From NCBI GenBank assembly GCA_045660505.1, contig JAZRDW010000010.1:1-25952 (forward strand): a stretch of 25,952 nucleotides of DNA, written 5' to 3'. Made by a program: the position numbers and the translations under genes. Below, in pieces: positions 1-9,361 of this stretch (its first letter is position 1; each line of letters begins with the position of its first letter). The notes under the pieces are model-generated. The model had not been told where the DNA came from. It was given only the letters and a program-made list of their open reading frames with translations, and did not search any database. The stretch is from Christensenellaceae bacterium (GTDB lineage: Bacteria > Bacillota > Clostridia > Christensenellales > Borkfalkiaceae).

Positions 1-303
1 GTAGTCTTTTTCAAACAGGTCGTCTTCACAGAAGTTTGGTTGGCAGTTCAGGCAGTTGTATCCTGCATCGTGCATTTCTTCTGGTAGGAAGTATTCACTG
101 CATTCTTCGCACTGTCTAAAACATTCATCGCGACATTCCATGATTGCGATTGATACGTCAGCCAGGAATATTTTTTTATTTTCTACCTGCTTGGCCGATA
201 TCATATCGTGTATGTATGTAATGAACTTTTCTAGTTCGTATTTGTCTGGGTTATGCCCGATTGCATCAGCGATTTCATTTCTGATAATATCTGTAATAGT
301 CAT
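1..303 (-). CDS. Hypothetical protein with C-terminal Zn-finger-like motif (CEEC-x15-CLNC); 3' end runs off the window
   Basis: Hand-translated open frame from ATG at 303 to the window edge: MTITDIIRNEIADAIGHNPDKYELEKFITYIHDMISAKQVENKKIFLADVSIAIMECRDECFRQCEECSEYFLPEEMHDAGYNCLNCQPNFCEDDLFEKDY. RBS AAAAAGGACTAAAA precedes the ATG and a sigma70 promoter lies upstream. Absent from the ORF track because no stop is in the window. Confidence 0.85.
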   Translation of the reverse strand, partial: MTITDIIRNEIADAIGHNPDKYELEKFITYIHDMISAKQVENKKIFLADVSIAIMECRDECFRQCEECSEYFLPEEMHDAGYNCLNCQPNFCEDDLFEKDY

Positions 304-335
304 TTTTAGTCCTTTTTGCTTTGTTATACACCCAT

Positions 336-364
336 AGTATATAGTATTAAATTACTAATGTCAA
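336..364 (-). promoter_or_regulatory. sigma70-type promoter for the leftward gene at <1..303
   Basis: TTGACA (364-359), 17-nt spacer, TATACT (341-336). The spacer contains the inverted repeat TAGTA-N6-TACTA (342-357). Confidence 0.8.
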
Positions 365-388
365 GTACAAAAATAAAAATAATTTTCC

Positions 389-417
389 TTGATATTCCAA
401 TAGATACATAATACAAT
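389..417 (+). promoter_or_regulatory. sigma70-type promoter, divergent from the 336-364 promoter
   Basis: TTGATA (389-394), 17-nt spacer, TACAAT (412-417). Confidence 0.65.
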
Positions 418-423
418 ACCATA

Positions 424-480
424 TACCTACTTGTATATCAGTCATAACCCACAGTTCCCCCATCCTTCCTGTGGGTTTTT
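424..480 (+). ncRNA. Candidate small RNA 1 (about 57 nt) with CU-rich hairpin loop
   Basis: Lies directly downstream of the 389-417 promoter and ends in an intrinsic terminator whose loop is TTCCCCCATCCTTC. No plausible plus-strand ORF. Confidence 0.5.
446..480 (+). terminator. Intrinsic terminator
   Basis: Perfect 9-bp stem AACCCACAG/CTGTGGGTT (446-454/469-477), 14-nt loop, T-run at 476-480. Confidence 0.7.
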
Positions 481-486
481 ATATTT

Positions 487-527
487 AATAAGTGATAATT
501 TCATAAATGTGTGATAATAAGTGATAA
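487..527. repeat. Short direct repeats (putative protein-binding sites)
   Basis: AATAAGTGATAA at 487-498 and 516-527, plus a third core GTGATAA at 511-517, in an AT-rich intergenic tract. Confidence 0.6.
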
Positions 528-552
528 ATTTCTGGTGGATTGCTTTATATAT

Positions 553-593
553 GCAGAATAACTGGGCTTTTTAGTAGTCCAGTATTCTGTTTT
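553..593 (+). terminator. Hairpin with short T-tail, probable plus-strand terminator
   Basis: GCAGAATA-(A bulge)-CTGGGCT / AGTCCAG-TATTCTGT. G-U wobbles fit the plus-strand RNA. TTTT follows at 590-593. Confidence 0.5.
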
Positions 594-619
594 AACGGTA
601 GGCACGTCTGCCTGATGTA

Positions 620-3600
620 TTAGTCTGTAATCTTGATGCGATTAAAGACAATTCCTAACCAATGGTTGATTGTTGGGTCTATGCCGTCTAATCCCCATGT
701 GCGTTCAATCTTTCCGCCTATACCGGTCTTAAACCCTAAATCAATCGATTCTATATCTGTTTCTGCCCCTGTGGACTTGATAACTGGCTTTGCAATCTGT
801 TTTACCAGTGTTGGGATGAGTTTGTTGGCTTGGTTATATACTGTGCCTGCTGCCCAACCTGTTGGGTTCTTTGTTGCATAATTCAATCTATTATCTACCA
901 ATTCGCCAATTAACGGTACTGAACCCACTGTTTCCAGTATTTCTACCTGTCCGCCATGTAATGCGCTCATAAATACACGCATCGGGGCTTCAAGTACGCC
1001 TAACGAGTTTAATTTCAACCAGTAGCCACCAATACCGATGCTGTCGTATGGTTTGTTAGGATTATACTTTCCGCCCTTGTATGGCTCTTCATAGTCACAG
1101 AATGCACCGGCTATCAATGCTAACATTGCCAACCCGATAAAGTGTGCTGTATCTGCTGCATCTTGGAACGATATTTCCTTGCCAACTATTTTCTTGTACA
1201 GTGTCACGCCTGCGCCAAATGGAGAACGTAAGCCCGATGCAATTATATTTGCTGGCGTTTTGATAAACGGTGCTATCAGTGTACCCAATTGCAGTTCATA
1301 GCCGCCCACAGATAAACTATTCAGCCCATCACGCATCTTATTCAATGCGCCTGCCAGTTTCCCATTCTGGGTAAATGTAGCAAATGCTGACATTGTGACT
1401 ATTTCTGCACGTTTTGCGTATAATGGATTTTCTTTGCCGTTGATTTTCTTTGGCTGTGTTGATGTGTACTGCTTGAATAGTTCTTTTGCTTTATTCACAT
1501 CGCCATTCGCATCACGACTTGCCATACGTGCAGCAATATCTAAATACGTTGGGATTCTAAACCAGTTATCTTCGGCTGCCAATGCTCTCATAGGTGCATC
1601 GTATATTTTCTGCCAACCTTTCGCATCTGGGTCAAGTGGCTTATACTTTTCCCCATGGACTAAGGTTGGGTCTGTTGGCGTTATCATTGATGTCAAGTTC
1701 ATGAACGTTGCATCATATACCGCCTTGATACGTGCTTTTTCTGCATCTATGTCCGCCTGTGGCACGATGTTTTTACCATAATGTGCTGCAATAGCCGGTC
1801 TTAACATTGCCTGTTCTGCGGTATTTGAGAATATGTTAGTCACGTGTGTTGAAATGCCTGACAACATAGCACGTGGTGCGTATGAATTGATTGCTCCACT
1901 TAAAACTGTCTGTCTTGGGTCTGCAGAGTGTACCAATTCCGACCATTCACGCATTTTCTTTGCTGCTGCACTGGCTGTGGCAGGGTTCTTTGAGTTCAAG
2001 TCCTGTGATGCTTTTTCTGCCTGCGGGGCTAATGCCAATAACTTGCCTTGCATTTTGGTGTCTGGCTCTGCTTTGGCAATATCTCTGCGTACCAATCTCT
2101 TGGCATATTCTACAAATGCTTCACGTGTCTTGCCCGACTGTGTTAAATCTAACTGGTTCAGAATCGTTGTATCTTCTTCGCCTGCGAACTTTACACTTGC
2201 TTCGGCCACCAATGCTTTCAATGCCTGTTCTCTGCTCATAGAACCGTTGTCAACTGCATCAGCATACTTTGCACACAGTGCTTCAACGTCATTATTGAAC
2301 TTTGTAATTGAATCTGCACCACGTCCTGCGTACTTATATGCTGCCGATTCGGTCATTGCAGCGGTCAATCTGCGGTATCCGTCCAAATATGTCTGGTATG
2401 AACCGTCTTGTGCGTGCAATCCTAAGGTTGTACCTGCTTCTGAACGTGTCATAGCGATATTATGCATATATCTGAATCCTAAATCGCTTTTAGAATCAAC
2501 CTTATCAAACTCCATTACTGCTAAAATAAGCGTTTCTAGGTCGATTCCTGTGTCATTTAAGGCAGGTTTACCCATTAAAGCGACTTCACGTGCGTGTTCT
2601 GCGTTCTTTTTGACGTATTCACGTGCTTTTTTAATCATTTCATCACGCTGATGACGTTTGCCCTGTTTGAACCAACCTTTATCTTCTGGCAGTTTTTCCA
2701 CCGTCAACCCTGAAACATCATCATATTTGGTGTATTCTGCGTTGATTCCTGCTCTGGTTTCGGTTGGCAATTCATCTACTGCGGATTCATACAGTGCTTT
2801 ATCTGCATCCGTTTGGTCTTTTATCGCTTTATTTATCTGCTCTGTGCGTTCTTTTATTACCTGTGGGGTACTTGGTACTGTTTCGCCCGATTCGCTTACA
2901 GGATTGCTTGCCTGCTCACGTGCAGGGGATGTTGGCAGGGCAGGTAATGTGATATTTCCATACCATACGTTGAAGAAATCCATTGCTGCCTTGTCCAGTA
3001 TAGGATAAACAACCTTGCCGTTCTTATCACGATAGCCGATATTCAGTAATGATTTATACTTTTCTGGTATCCAGTTCAAGTATCCTGTGATTGGCAGTGT
3101 TGCACCGTCTGGAACGTTTGCTAACCCTGTGATGATTGCTTCGTTCATAGATGCCCAGTTTTCCTGTTGTTCACGTGTCAATGTGTCCTGATTCGCATTT
3201 ATGCCCAGTATATCAAACAATCTCTGTGTTTCGTCTAACCACTCTTGGGCCACAGGATAACCTTTCTGCGCCTGTTTGAACAGTTGGAACGTGTTATTCA
3301 ACCAGAAGTGTGATAATTCGTGTGGCAGAGTTGTAGTGTTGAAATTACGCCCTAACACGATAACATTTAATTCTGGGTCGTACATACCGTTGGCTTGACT
3401 GCGCTGGAACAGTTGATTCCCAAGTTCGTCAAACTTTTTACGCAATACTTTTACATCTTTATCGTTGAATATTACAAAGCAACGACCGTCTTGTTTGCCC
3501 CAGTATGTAATACCTTTAATACCGTATTTTTCAAGTAATAATGATGCTTTTTTGTCGGATTCTCTTGTAATTTTATATGTTATTTCAGAATGATTGTTAT

Positions 3601-6600
3601 CATCTCTATTTAGTTCTTTTGATATAGAGTCGTATATTTGTTTTCCTGTTAAAGTTGACCACTCTTTTAATATGTTTGATTTATCAAAGATTCCTTGGTT
3701 GGTTTTTGACCATTCATCAAATCCCTTTTGACCTAATTTTTCTTTCAGCCCTTTAATTAAACTGTCTTGGGCTGTGTTTTTTTTGCTGTCTATGTATTTT
3801 GCTACTTCTGCAAGTTTTTCTTTAACAAATTCTGACTGTTCATCAAATGTCTTTTGTTCATCAAGCAATACGTCCATTTCTGGTATATCTACTTCGTGGA
3901 CTTGCCCCTTTGGTTCTATGTATTTTAACAAATCAACATTCATATCTTCTAACAATGACAGTGTTTTTTTGTATGCTTGTATGTCTGTGTTGCCTTCAAC
4001 AAACCACTCTTCGCTATGTTCAGAACGTTTGGCAGTAGATAATAAATCTTCAATATCTTTTATGCGTGCGATTATCCATCGTTCTGTTGCGTTTTTACCT
4101 GTGTCAGTTAAATGTTTTAATGTAAGCCCGTCAATATCTTTATACTTTGTTTCTGGCACTGGCGTACCATTATAAAAATAATTATTTGAACCACGTTTTT
4201 CGTCTGCAATAAATGTTTTACGATAATTTTCTGCAATCTGTGGGTCAAGTGCATAATATAGCCCCCAACCGTGTGCCTGCGCCCCTTCGCCTGTTCCTAT
4301 TGCTTCCAATGATGGTCTATCATAGTCAATACGTGAACCTGCGTATGCAGATTGGAAAAGCGAACCGCTTTCTGATGCTTTCCATTCTTCAAAAGCACCA
4401 ACATTTACATCTGCTAATTTACCGCCTTTTAATCTGGTTTTTTGATTTGAAACTTTATCTTGCGCTTGTAGTTCCTTAATCTTTGCTACCATTTCAGGTA
4501 CAGATACGGATTTTGCATCAAAATTAGCGACTATATTATGTTTGTGTTTTTTCCCTATTTTTGATGCGCTTATTCTAATCTGTCGGGTTTCTTCGCCTTT
4601 CTTGATTTTGATATAAACTGCACCGTGGTCTGATATATCATTAGCGTTTTCTGCCTGTATGCCACTTTCTGTTAATGATTTTATAACTTCTGTGCGAATC
4701 GCTTTTAATTCTGATTCGGGTATTATTTCTCGTGCATCAAAAGCGGGTTCTTGCTGATCATTCTGTGATATAAACACGGCAACCAAATCTTTATCTATCG
4801 CTGTATCTCCGTCAAACTGTGTAGGATAGATTTCTTTTAATGTTTGGAATAATAGGTCATCTTTTGTGAACTGTGTATTAGATTCTGCACGTTGGATATA
4901 GGACTGTAAGAAAGCGCTAATATCGCCTGTGTGCTGTGCAAAAACCATATTATACATCAGTGCGTTTTCTGCAAATGTGCCGTCTTGCTGTACAAACTGC
5001 TTGAATTCGCCCTTGTGTTTCATTTCCAACATACGACTTAAAGCATTTTGCATATCTGCACGCAATCCCAATTCTGGATGTGCTGCATCAAACGCCATAA
5101 TCTGCTGTCCGTATTGAACGATGCTTTCAATCGCTTTAACTGTCATGCCATTGGATGTCATCAACTGGTCGAACAATCTTGTATCGCCATCACACAACCA
5201 CGCAACAATCGCATTATTATAGCGTTTCTGGGCTGTTTTTGCATCAACCGTTGCATCTTTCTTGGATATGCTCTGTGTAAATTCGGTTGCAGATTGTTTT
5301 TTAGCCACTGTCTTGGCATCTTTGAACGATTGTGCAGTATCTAGTCCAATCTGTTGTTTTTTGCGTTCTGTGGCTACGTCTTGTGTCTTTTCTATGGACT
5401 GTTTGCTCGTTAATAACTGTTGCAGAATACCTTTCTTGGTTGTCAGGTCATTTATTATGCCACGCAACTGTTCTACACGCTTTGGGTCTGTCTGTAAGGT
5501 AGTTTTCTTTGCGTTTTCAGCCCTTAATTCTGCTCTTGCTGTTTTCAGGTCGGCATTTACACTTTCAATCTTTGATTTTATTTGCTTTGATGTGCGTAGT
5601 TTCTGTGGTTTTAACGACAGCATATTGCCATGAACTTCAATCTCAGCCAAGTTTAAGATGTCAGACGTTGGAACTTGTGCCTTATCTGCCTGTCTTAATA
5701 CCTGTCCGGCAATATCAGATGCAACATAAGTGGCATAATCTAATCTGCTTGCTTCTGTGTATGCAGTTCCTTCTTCGATTGCTGATTTTCTTTCAATTCT
5801 GCCATCTTCAAGAATCACAAATGGGTCTGTGTCTGTCCAACCTGCGGATGTTAATGCACTGTCTATCTTTGCGACTAATGAATCAAATGGACTTCCAATC
5901 TTTTCTTTCAGTGAATTTACTGTGCCGATTTCCTTAATAAGTGCTGATTTGCCATCGTCAATAAGTGTTGTAGCCAGTTTTACCGCATCTTCATCAGAAT
6001 ACCCCTGACGTTTGAACATGCCGGCAATCTTTGAACGGTTGACATAGTACAATCCACCACCAAATGGCCCACCTAAAATACTGCCGTACATGGCACTGGT
6101 TAAAGCATCGTGTAAAAACTCTTTTTCTGTGCGTGTTTCGCTACCTGCAACATTACCCAACATAAATGCGGATAGTTCTTGCAGTGCTTCTTCTGCACCT
6201 TCGCCAATTGCACCTAATGCGGCTTGCTTTAATGCACGTTTTGCACCAGTTTTTACAATTGCTTTTTCGGCCATACGTTCAACACCAAGTTTGCTTTCAA
6301 TAAAACCTGATATTGCACCGTGGGTCATTGCCCATAAAGTATCGCCGGCTGCGTTGTATCCACGCATGCCATAGTTGTCTTTGTAGTACTTTTCAGCCCA
6401 CTCTTGTGATGTTTCGCCTGCTGTTTGGATTCCACCTAAAATACCAATGCCAGTACCGCCAGTTAAATAGCCAATAACAGCATACGCCCCAACTTGACCT
6501 GCCATACCAACCCATTTTGTGATGTCTGAGTCTGCTACACCTTCGTATTCTTCTGTGATTGCTCGTGCCTGCTTGGTTGCTAACATAGAACGCACGCCGG

Positions 6601-6934
6601 CTTCTAAAACTTCGTTGGCTTCCTGTTCGGTCATATTTGGATATGTGTAGCCGTTTGTGGCACGTGCCATCATATTTACAAAGTTTTCTGGAATATCCAG
6701 CAACATGTCTGATGTGCGTTTTAATCCACGGCCTACTTTTTCAACAACACTTGCTTTTGGCTGCATAAGTACTGCACGAACAAGGTCTGCTTGCTGTGTG
6801 TAGGTCTTATATGCATCAGTTAGTGGTAAAACGGTTTCTCTTGGTGTCCAGTCTGACTCTTGGGGGATTATTCTGTCTGTATTAGAATCTTCAAATGAGT
6901 TTTCAATTTCAAACAGTGTTTTGGTATCTTCCAT
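620..6934 (-). CDS. Large internal virion/ejection protein (T7 gp16 position); polyvalent protein with ART-like and zincin HExxH domains
   Basis: 2104-aa ORF, last of three internal-virion genes after tail tubular B. Contains LFQSAYAGS...IGTGEGAQAHGWGLYYA...GIKGITY...FVIF (polyvalent-protein ART-like signature) and GMYDPELNVIVL...TTLPHELSHFW (zincin metallopeptidase). Gly/Ala-rich hydrophobic segments occur near both ends. Confidence 0.8.
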   Translation of the reverse strand: MEDTKTLFEIENSFEDSNTDRIIPQESDWTPRETVLPLTDAYKTYTQQADLVRAVLMQPKASVVEKVGRGLKRTSDMLLDIPENFVNMMARATNGYTYPNMTEQEANEVLEAGVRSMLATKQARAITEEYEGVADSDITKWVGMAGQVGAYAVIGYLTGGTGIGILGGIQTAGETSQEWAEKYYKDNYGMRGYNAAGDTLWAMTHGAISGFIESKLGVERMAEKAIVKTGAKRALKQAALGAIGEGAEEALQELSAFMLGNVAGSETRTEKEFLHDALTSAMYGSILGGPFGGGLYYVNRSKIAGMFKRQGYSDEDAVKLATTLIDDGKSALIKEIGTVNSLKEKIGSPFDSLVAKIDSALTSAGWTDTDPFVILEDGRIERKSAIEEGTAYTEASRLDYATYVASDIAGQVLRQADKAQVPTSDILNLAEIEVHGNMLSLKPQKLRTSKQIKSKIESVNADLKTARAELRAENAKKTTLQTDPKRVEQLRGIINDLTTKKGILQQLLTSKQSIEKTQDVATERKKQQIGLDTAQSFKDAKTVAKKQSATEFTQSISKKDATVDAKTAQKRYNNAIVAWLCDGDTRLFDQLMTSNGMTVKAIESIVQYGQQIMAFDAAHPELGLRADMQNALSRMLEMKHKGEFKQFVQQDGTFAENALMYNMVFAQHTGDISAFLQSYIQRAESNTQFTKDDLLFQTLKEIYPTQFDGDTAIDKDLVAVFISQNDQQEPAFDAREIIPESELKAIRTEVIKSLTESGIQAENANDISDHGAVYIKIKKGEETRQIRISASKIGKKHKHNIVANFDAKSVSVPEMVAKIKELQAQDKVSNQKTRLKGGKLADVNVGAFEEWKASESGSLFQSAYAGSRIDYDRPSLEAIGTGEGAQAHGWGLYYALDPQIAENYRKTFIADEKRGSNNYFYNGTPVPETKYKDIDGLTLKHLTDTGKNATERWIIARIKDIEDLLSTAKRSEHSEEWFVEGNTDIQAYKKTLSLLEDMNVDLLKYIEPKGQVHEVDIPEMDVLLDEQKTFDEQSEFVKEKLAEVAKYIDSKKNTAQDSLIKGLKEKLGQKGFDEWSKTNQGIFDKSNILKEWSTLTGKQIYDSISKELNRDDNNHSEITYKITRESDKKASLLLEKYGIKGITYWGKQDGRCFVIFNDKDVKVLRKKFDELGNQLFQRSQANGMYDPELNVIVLGRNFNTTTLPHELSHFWLNNTFQLFKQAQKGYPVAQEWLDETQRLFDILGINANQDTLTREQQENWASMNEAIITGLANVPDGATLPITGYLNWIPEKYKSLLNIGYRDKNGKVVYPILDKAAMDFFNVWYGNITLPALPTSPAREQASNPVSESGETVPSTPQVIKERTEQINKAIKDQTDADKALYESAVDELPTETRAGINAEYTKYDDVSGLTVEKLPEDKGWFKQGKRHQRDEMIKKAREYVKKNAEHAREVALMGKPALNDTGIDLETLILAVMEFDKVDSKSDLGFRYMHNIAMTRSEAGTTLGLHAQDGSYQTYLDGYRRLTAAMTESAAYKYAGRGADSITKFNNDVEALCAKYADAVDNGSMSREQALKALVAEASVKFAGEEDTTILNQLDLTQSGKTREAFVEYAKRLVRRDIAKAEPDTKMQGKLLALAPQAEKASQDLNSKNPATASAAAKKMREWSELVHSADPRQTVLSGAINSYAPRAMLSGISTHVTNIFSNTAEQAMLRPAIAAHYGKNIVPQADIDAEKARIKAVYDATFMNLTSMITPTDPTLVHGEKYKPLDPDAKGWQKIYDAPMRALAAEDNWFRIPTYLDIAARMASRDANGDVNKAKELFKQYTSTQPKKINGKENPLYAKRAEIVTMSAFATFTQNGKLAGALNKMRDGLNSLSVGGYELQLGTLIAPFIKTPANIIASGLRSPFGAGVTLYKKIVGKEISFQDAADTAHFIGLAMLALIAGAFCDYEEPYKGGKYNPNKPYDSIGIGGYWLKLNSLGVLEAPMRVFMSALHGGQVEILETVGSVPLIGELVDNRLNYATKNPTGWAAGTVYNQANKLIPTLVKQIAKPVIKSTGAETDIESIDLGFKTGIGGKIERTWGLDGIDPTINHWLGIVFNRIKITD

Positions 6935-6943
6935 TTTAATCCC

Positions 6944-8524
6944 CTACATTTTGGTTTTGAACAGTGCATCTTTTGAATCATAACCCATAAATTCCCACGT
7001 TTTTCCGCCACGTGTGAAATATGCTGGTCGTTTGAGTTTCAAATCTTCTTCCAATCGGTCAAATTCAAAATCGCTTATTACACCTGAGTAGTTTAGTCTA
7101 ATTAGTTCCTTATTTCCAGTTTTTAATCTTTCCTGTGCCGCTTCATAGTTCCCTGCCGCCGACAATGCAATGGCTTCTTGAATAATCAGACTTGCTTTAT
7201 TTTCCAATGCACGTGGAATTGAACGGTCATTATGTTGGCCTATAAATGGGTCTTTTATTTCAACTGCTTTACTGCCAGACACAAACCCTTTCATTCTGTC
7301 GGTTGCTTGCGACATCACAGAATTTAACATAGATGGGCTATACAAGGGTTTCATACTGTCTACAAATTCCTGTGATGATATTGCTTCATATAGTGAACGT
7401 TGCAGTTCTGCTTGTGATTTTTCATCCATGCCACTTGCGCCAGCAAAAGTGTTAATGTTTGCTAATGCTTCTACCGCTGTGTCTAACAAGGCTTTATTGT
7501 GTTCTGGGTCTGTTGCACCAGTATCCATAACAACATCTTCTAGCGCCTGTATAGATGCTAAAAATCCGTCATCTGTAAATGCGGCATTGACTGTGCCTGC
7601 GTATTTTTTGTGTGCTTTGCGTATGTTGTTCTTAAAATCCTTAGAAACGGCATCATCGCTGATATTATCTAGTTCTTCTTCGCTAAAATCCGCAACCATA
7701 CGTGCTGCATTGAACTGATTTTGTGCCAAGATAACACGCTTTTCTTCATCGCCCATTGCTTTTCTGCGGTTGGTAATATAGGTGCTGATGTCATCATAAG
7801 ACTTATCTGTCACACCGTAGGCTTTCTTAAACGCTTCTCTGTCCTGAAAAGTACGTGTATCAAAGTCAATTAACGTCTGCAAATCCATTTGGTTAATTGC
7901 TGCTTTGGCGGCATCTACTTTATTGTACTGGCCGCTTTCCAGCATAGAACGTGTTGCTTTGTCGCCTATGATGTACGAACCTTTGATATCTGTTGTGTTT
8001 GCTAACAGATTCATTTCGTGTTCAATCTTGTTCCCATAAGCAATTGCAGAATTTAATGCATCTTTATCTTCGTTTATAATTGCAGTTATACGCAGGTTGT
8101 TTGCATCTTCCTGTTCTAACATTAAGCGGTCGTTGCGACTTAAAACATTGGTTTTGAACTCTTCGTTCTGGTTATCAATGTTGTTCTGTATTACTTTCTG
8201 ACGTGTGGCATCAACCTTTGGTTTTGCTGTCAACAAGACATCTTCACGCCATTTATTTGGTATATCTGCGGTGCTTTTTTGCAGGTTGCTTTGAATTAAT
8301 TCATCAAATTTAGCAGGGTCTGATGGTGCTAACTGATATGCGTTGTCTATAACCGAACTAATCAATTCTGCTTTACCCAAGGCAAAATTCTTGTCTGCCA
8401 TTGCCTTAAATGTACTGGAAACATCCGCCAGAATCTTTGTTTTAGTCATATCTGGTTGCAAAGGTTGTCTAATACCAATACCCTGTAAGTTTCCGCCCTG
8501 TCGGGTGTATAATTTGGTCGCCAT
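6944..8524 (-). CDS. Internal virion protein (gp15-like position)
   Basis: 526-aa helical protein with a low-complexity N-terminus, located between the other two internal-virion genes. Called by synteny. Confidence 0.6.
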   Translation of the reverse strand: MATKLYTRQGGNLQGIGIRQPLQPDMTKTKILADVSSTFKAMADKNFALGKAELISSVIDNAYQLAPSDPAKFDELIQSNLQKSTADIPNKWREDVLLTAKPKVDATRQKVIQNNIDNQNEEFKTNVLSRNDRLMLEQEDANNLRITAIINEDKDALNSAIAYGNKIEHEMNLLANTTDIKGSYIIGDKATRSMLESGQYNKVDAAKAAINQMDLQTLIDFDTRTFQDREAFKKAYGVTDKSYDDISTYITNRRKAMGDEEKRVILAQNQFNAARMVADFSEEELDNISDDAVSKDFKNNIRKAHKKYAGTVNAAFTDDGFLASIQALEDVVMDTGATDPEHNKALLDTAVEALANINTFAGASGMDEKSQAELQRSLYEAISSQEFVDSMKPLYSPSMLNSVMSQATDRMKGFVSGSKAVEIKDPFIGQHNDRSIPRALENKASLIIQEAIALSAAGNYEAAQERLKTGNKELIRLNYSGVISDFEFDRLEEDLKLKRPAYFTRGGKTWEFMGYDSKDALFKTKM

Positions 8525-8527
8525 TGT

Positions 8528-9361
8528 TTAGCCCCCTATCAAATAGTTAATACCAGTTTTAGCAATATCCCAACCAGCCGCTTCCCAATAATTTCTGCGT
8601 TGACGTGATGCTATACGATTGCTGCGTGCATAGTCAAGGTCAAGTGCCAGTTTTTGAATCTCTGCATTGCTACGTTGTATCGCAAAATCCTTACCCATAT
8701 CCATTGCACCCTTTTCTTTTATGCCTTGGATAGCACCTGATGTTGGATCAACGTTCTTGGATGCAGTAATTGCATCTAAATCTGCCATACTTTCACGATA
8801 ACGTTCCATTAACAGTGCTTCTGAGTTCTGAATATTGGTATCGATTATCTTTTTTTGTACTTCGTATTGTTCCTTTGTGGCGGCTACTTCATCGGCATAG
8901 TCGTTCATTTCCAAACCGCCCATAATAGTAGAACCAATGCGTGCGACTGCTGAAAATGCGTTTTGCTGTGCTGCACGTTTTAATCTTGTGTTTTCAATCT
9001 CGGTTATACTTTGTGTCTGAGTGTTTAACGCATTTAATAAAGCCTGTGTATTATCTGTGGTATCCAATCCCTGTGTCTGTGCAACAGTCATTTCTGCCAC
9101 TTGTGCAGGTTCAATTGGTGTCATTTTGGGCTTTACTAGGTTGTTTGTAAGCAACCAGTTTTGGAATTTTGCTTCCTGTGGTGTAACAGGTGTGCGCATT
9201 TCTGGTGGCACAGGACTAGACATCAATGAAATTGCATCTATGTTTTCCACAGTTGAACTTACAACTGGTGTGCGTGCCGTTTCAACCTGCGGTGGGGTTG
9301 TTGGGCGTTTTAACGCCTTATTCCAAGCCACAAGAACATCATTTGAGTATTTCAGAGCCAT
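8528..9361 (-). CDS. Internal virion protein (gp14-like position)
   Basis: 277 aa. Pro/Thr-rich N-terminal half, then a Gly/Ala hydrophobic patch and a Q/A/N-rich coiled coil. Immediately follows tail tubular B with a TGATG overlap. Confidence 0.6.
   Translation of the reverse strand: MALKYSNDVLVAWNKALKRPTTPPQVETARTPVVSSTVENIDAISLMSSPVPPEMRTPVTPQEAKFQNWLLTNNLVKPKMTPIEPAQVAEMTVAQTQGLDTTDNTQALLNALNTQTQSITEIENTRLKRAAQQNAFSAVARIGSTIMGGLEMNDYADEVAATKEQYEVQKKIIDTNIQNSEALLMERYRESMADLDAITASKNVDPTSGAIQGIKEKGAMDMGKDFAIQRSNAEIQKLALDLDYARSNRIASRQRRNYWEAAGWDIAKTGINYLIGG

Noticed and set aside
56-337. Plus-strand 93-aa ORF in the track
   Set aside because: It is the shadow of the minus-strand gene <1..303, which has the promoter, RBS and Zn-finger motif.
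620-9361. Lytic transglycosylase or lysozyme domain in the ejection proteins, or an endolysin in the window
   Set aside because: No recognisable catalytic motif was found by eye. A profile search is needed to confirm absence.
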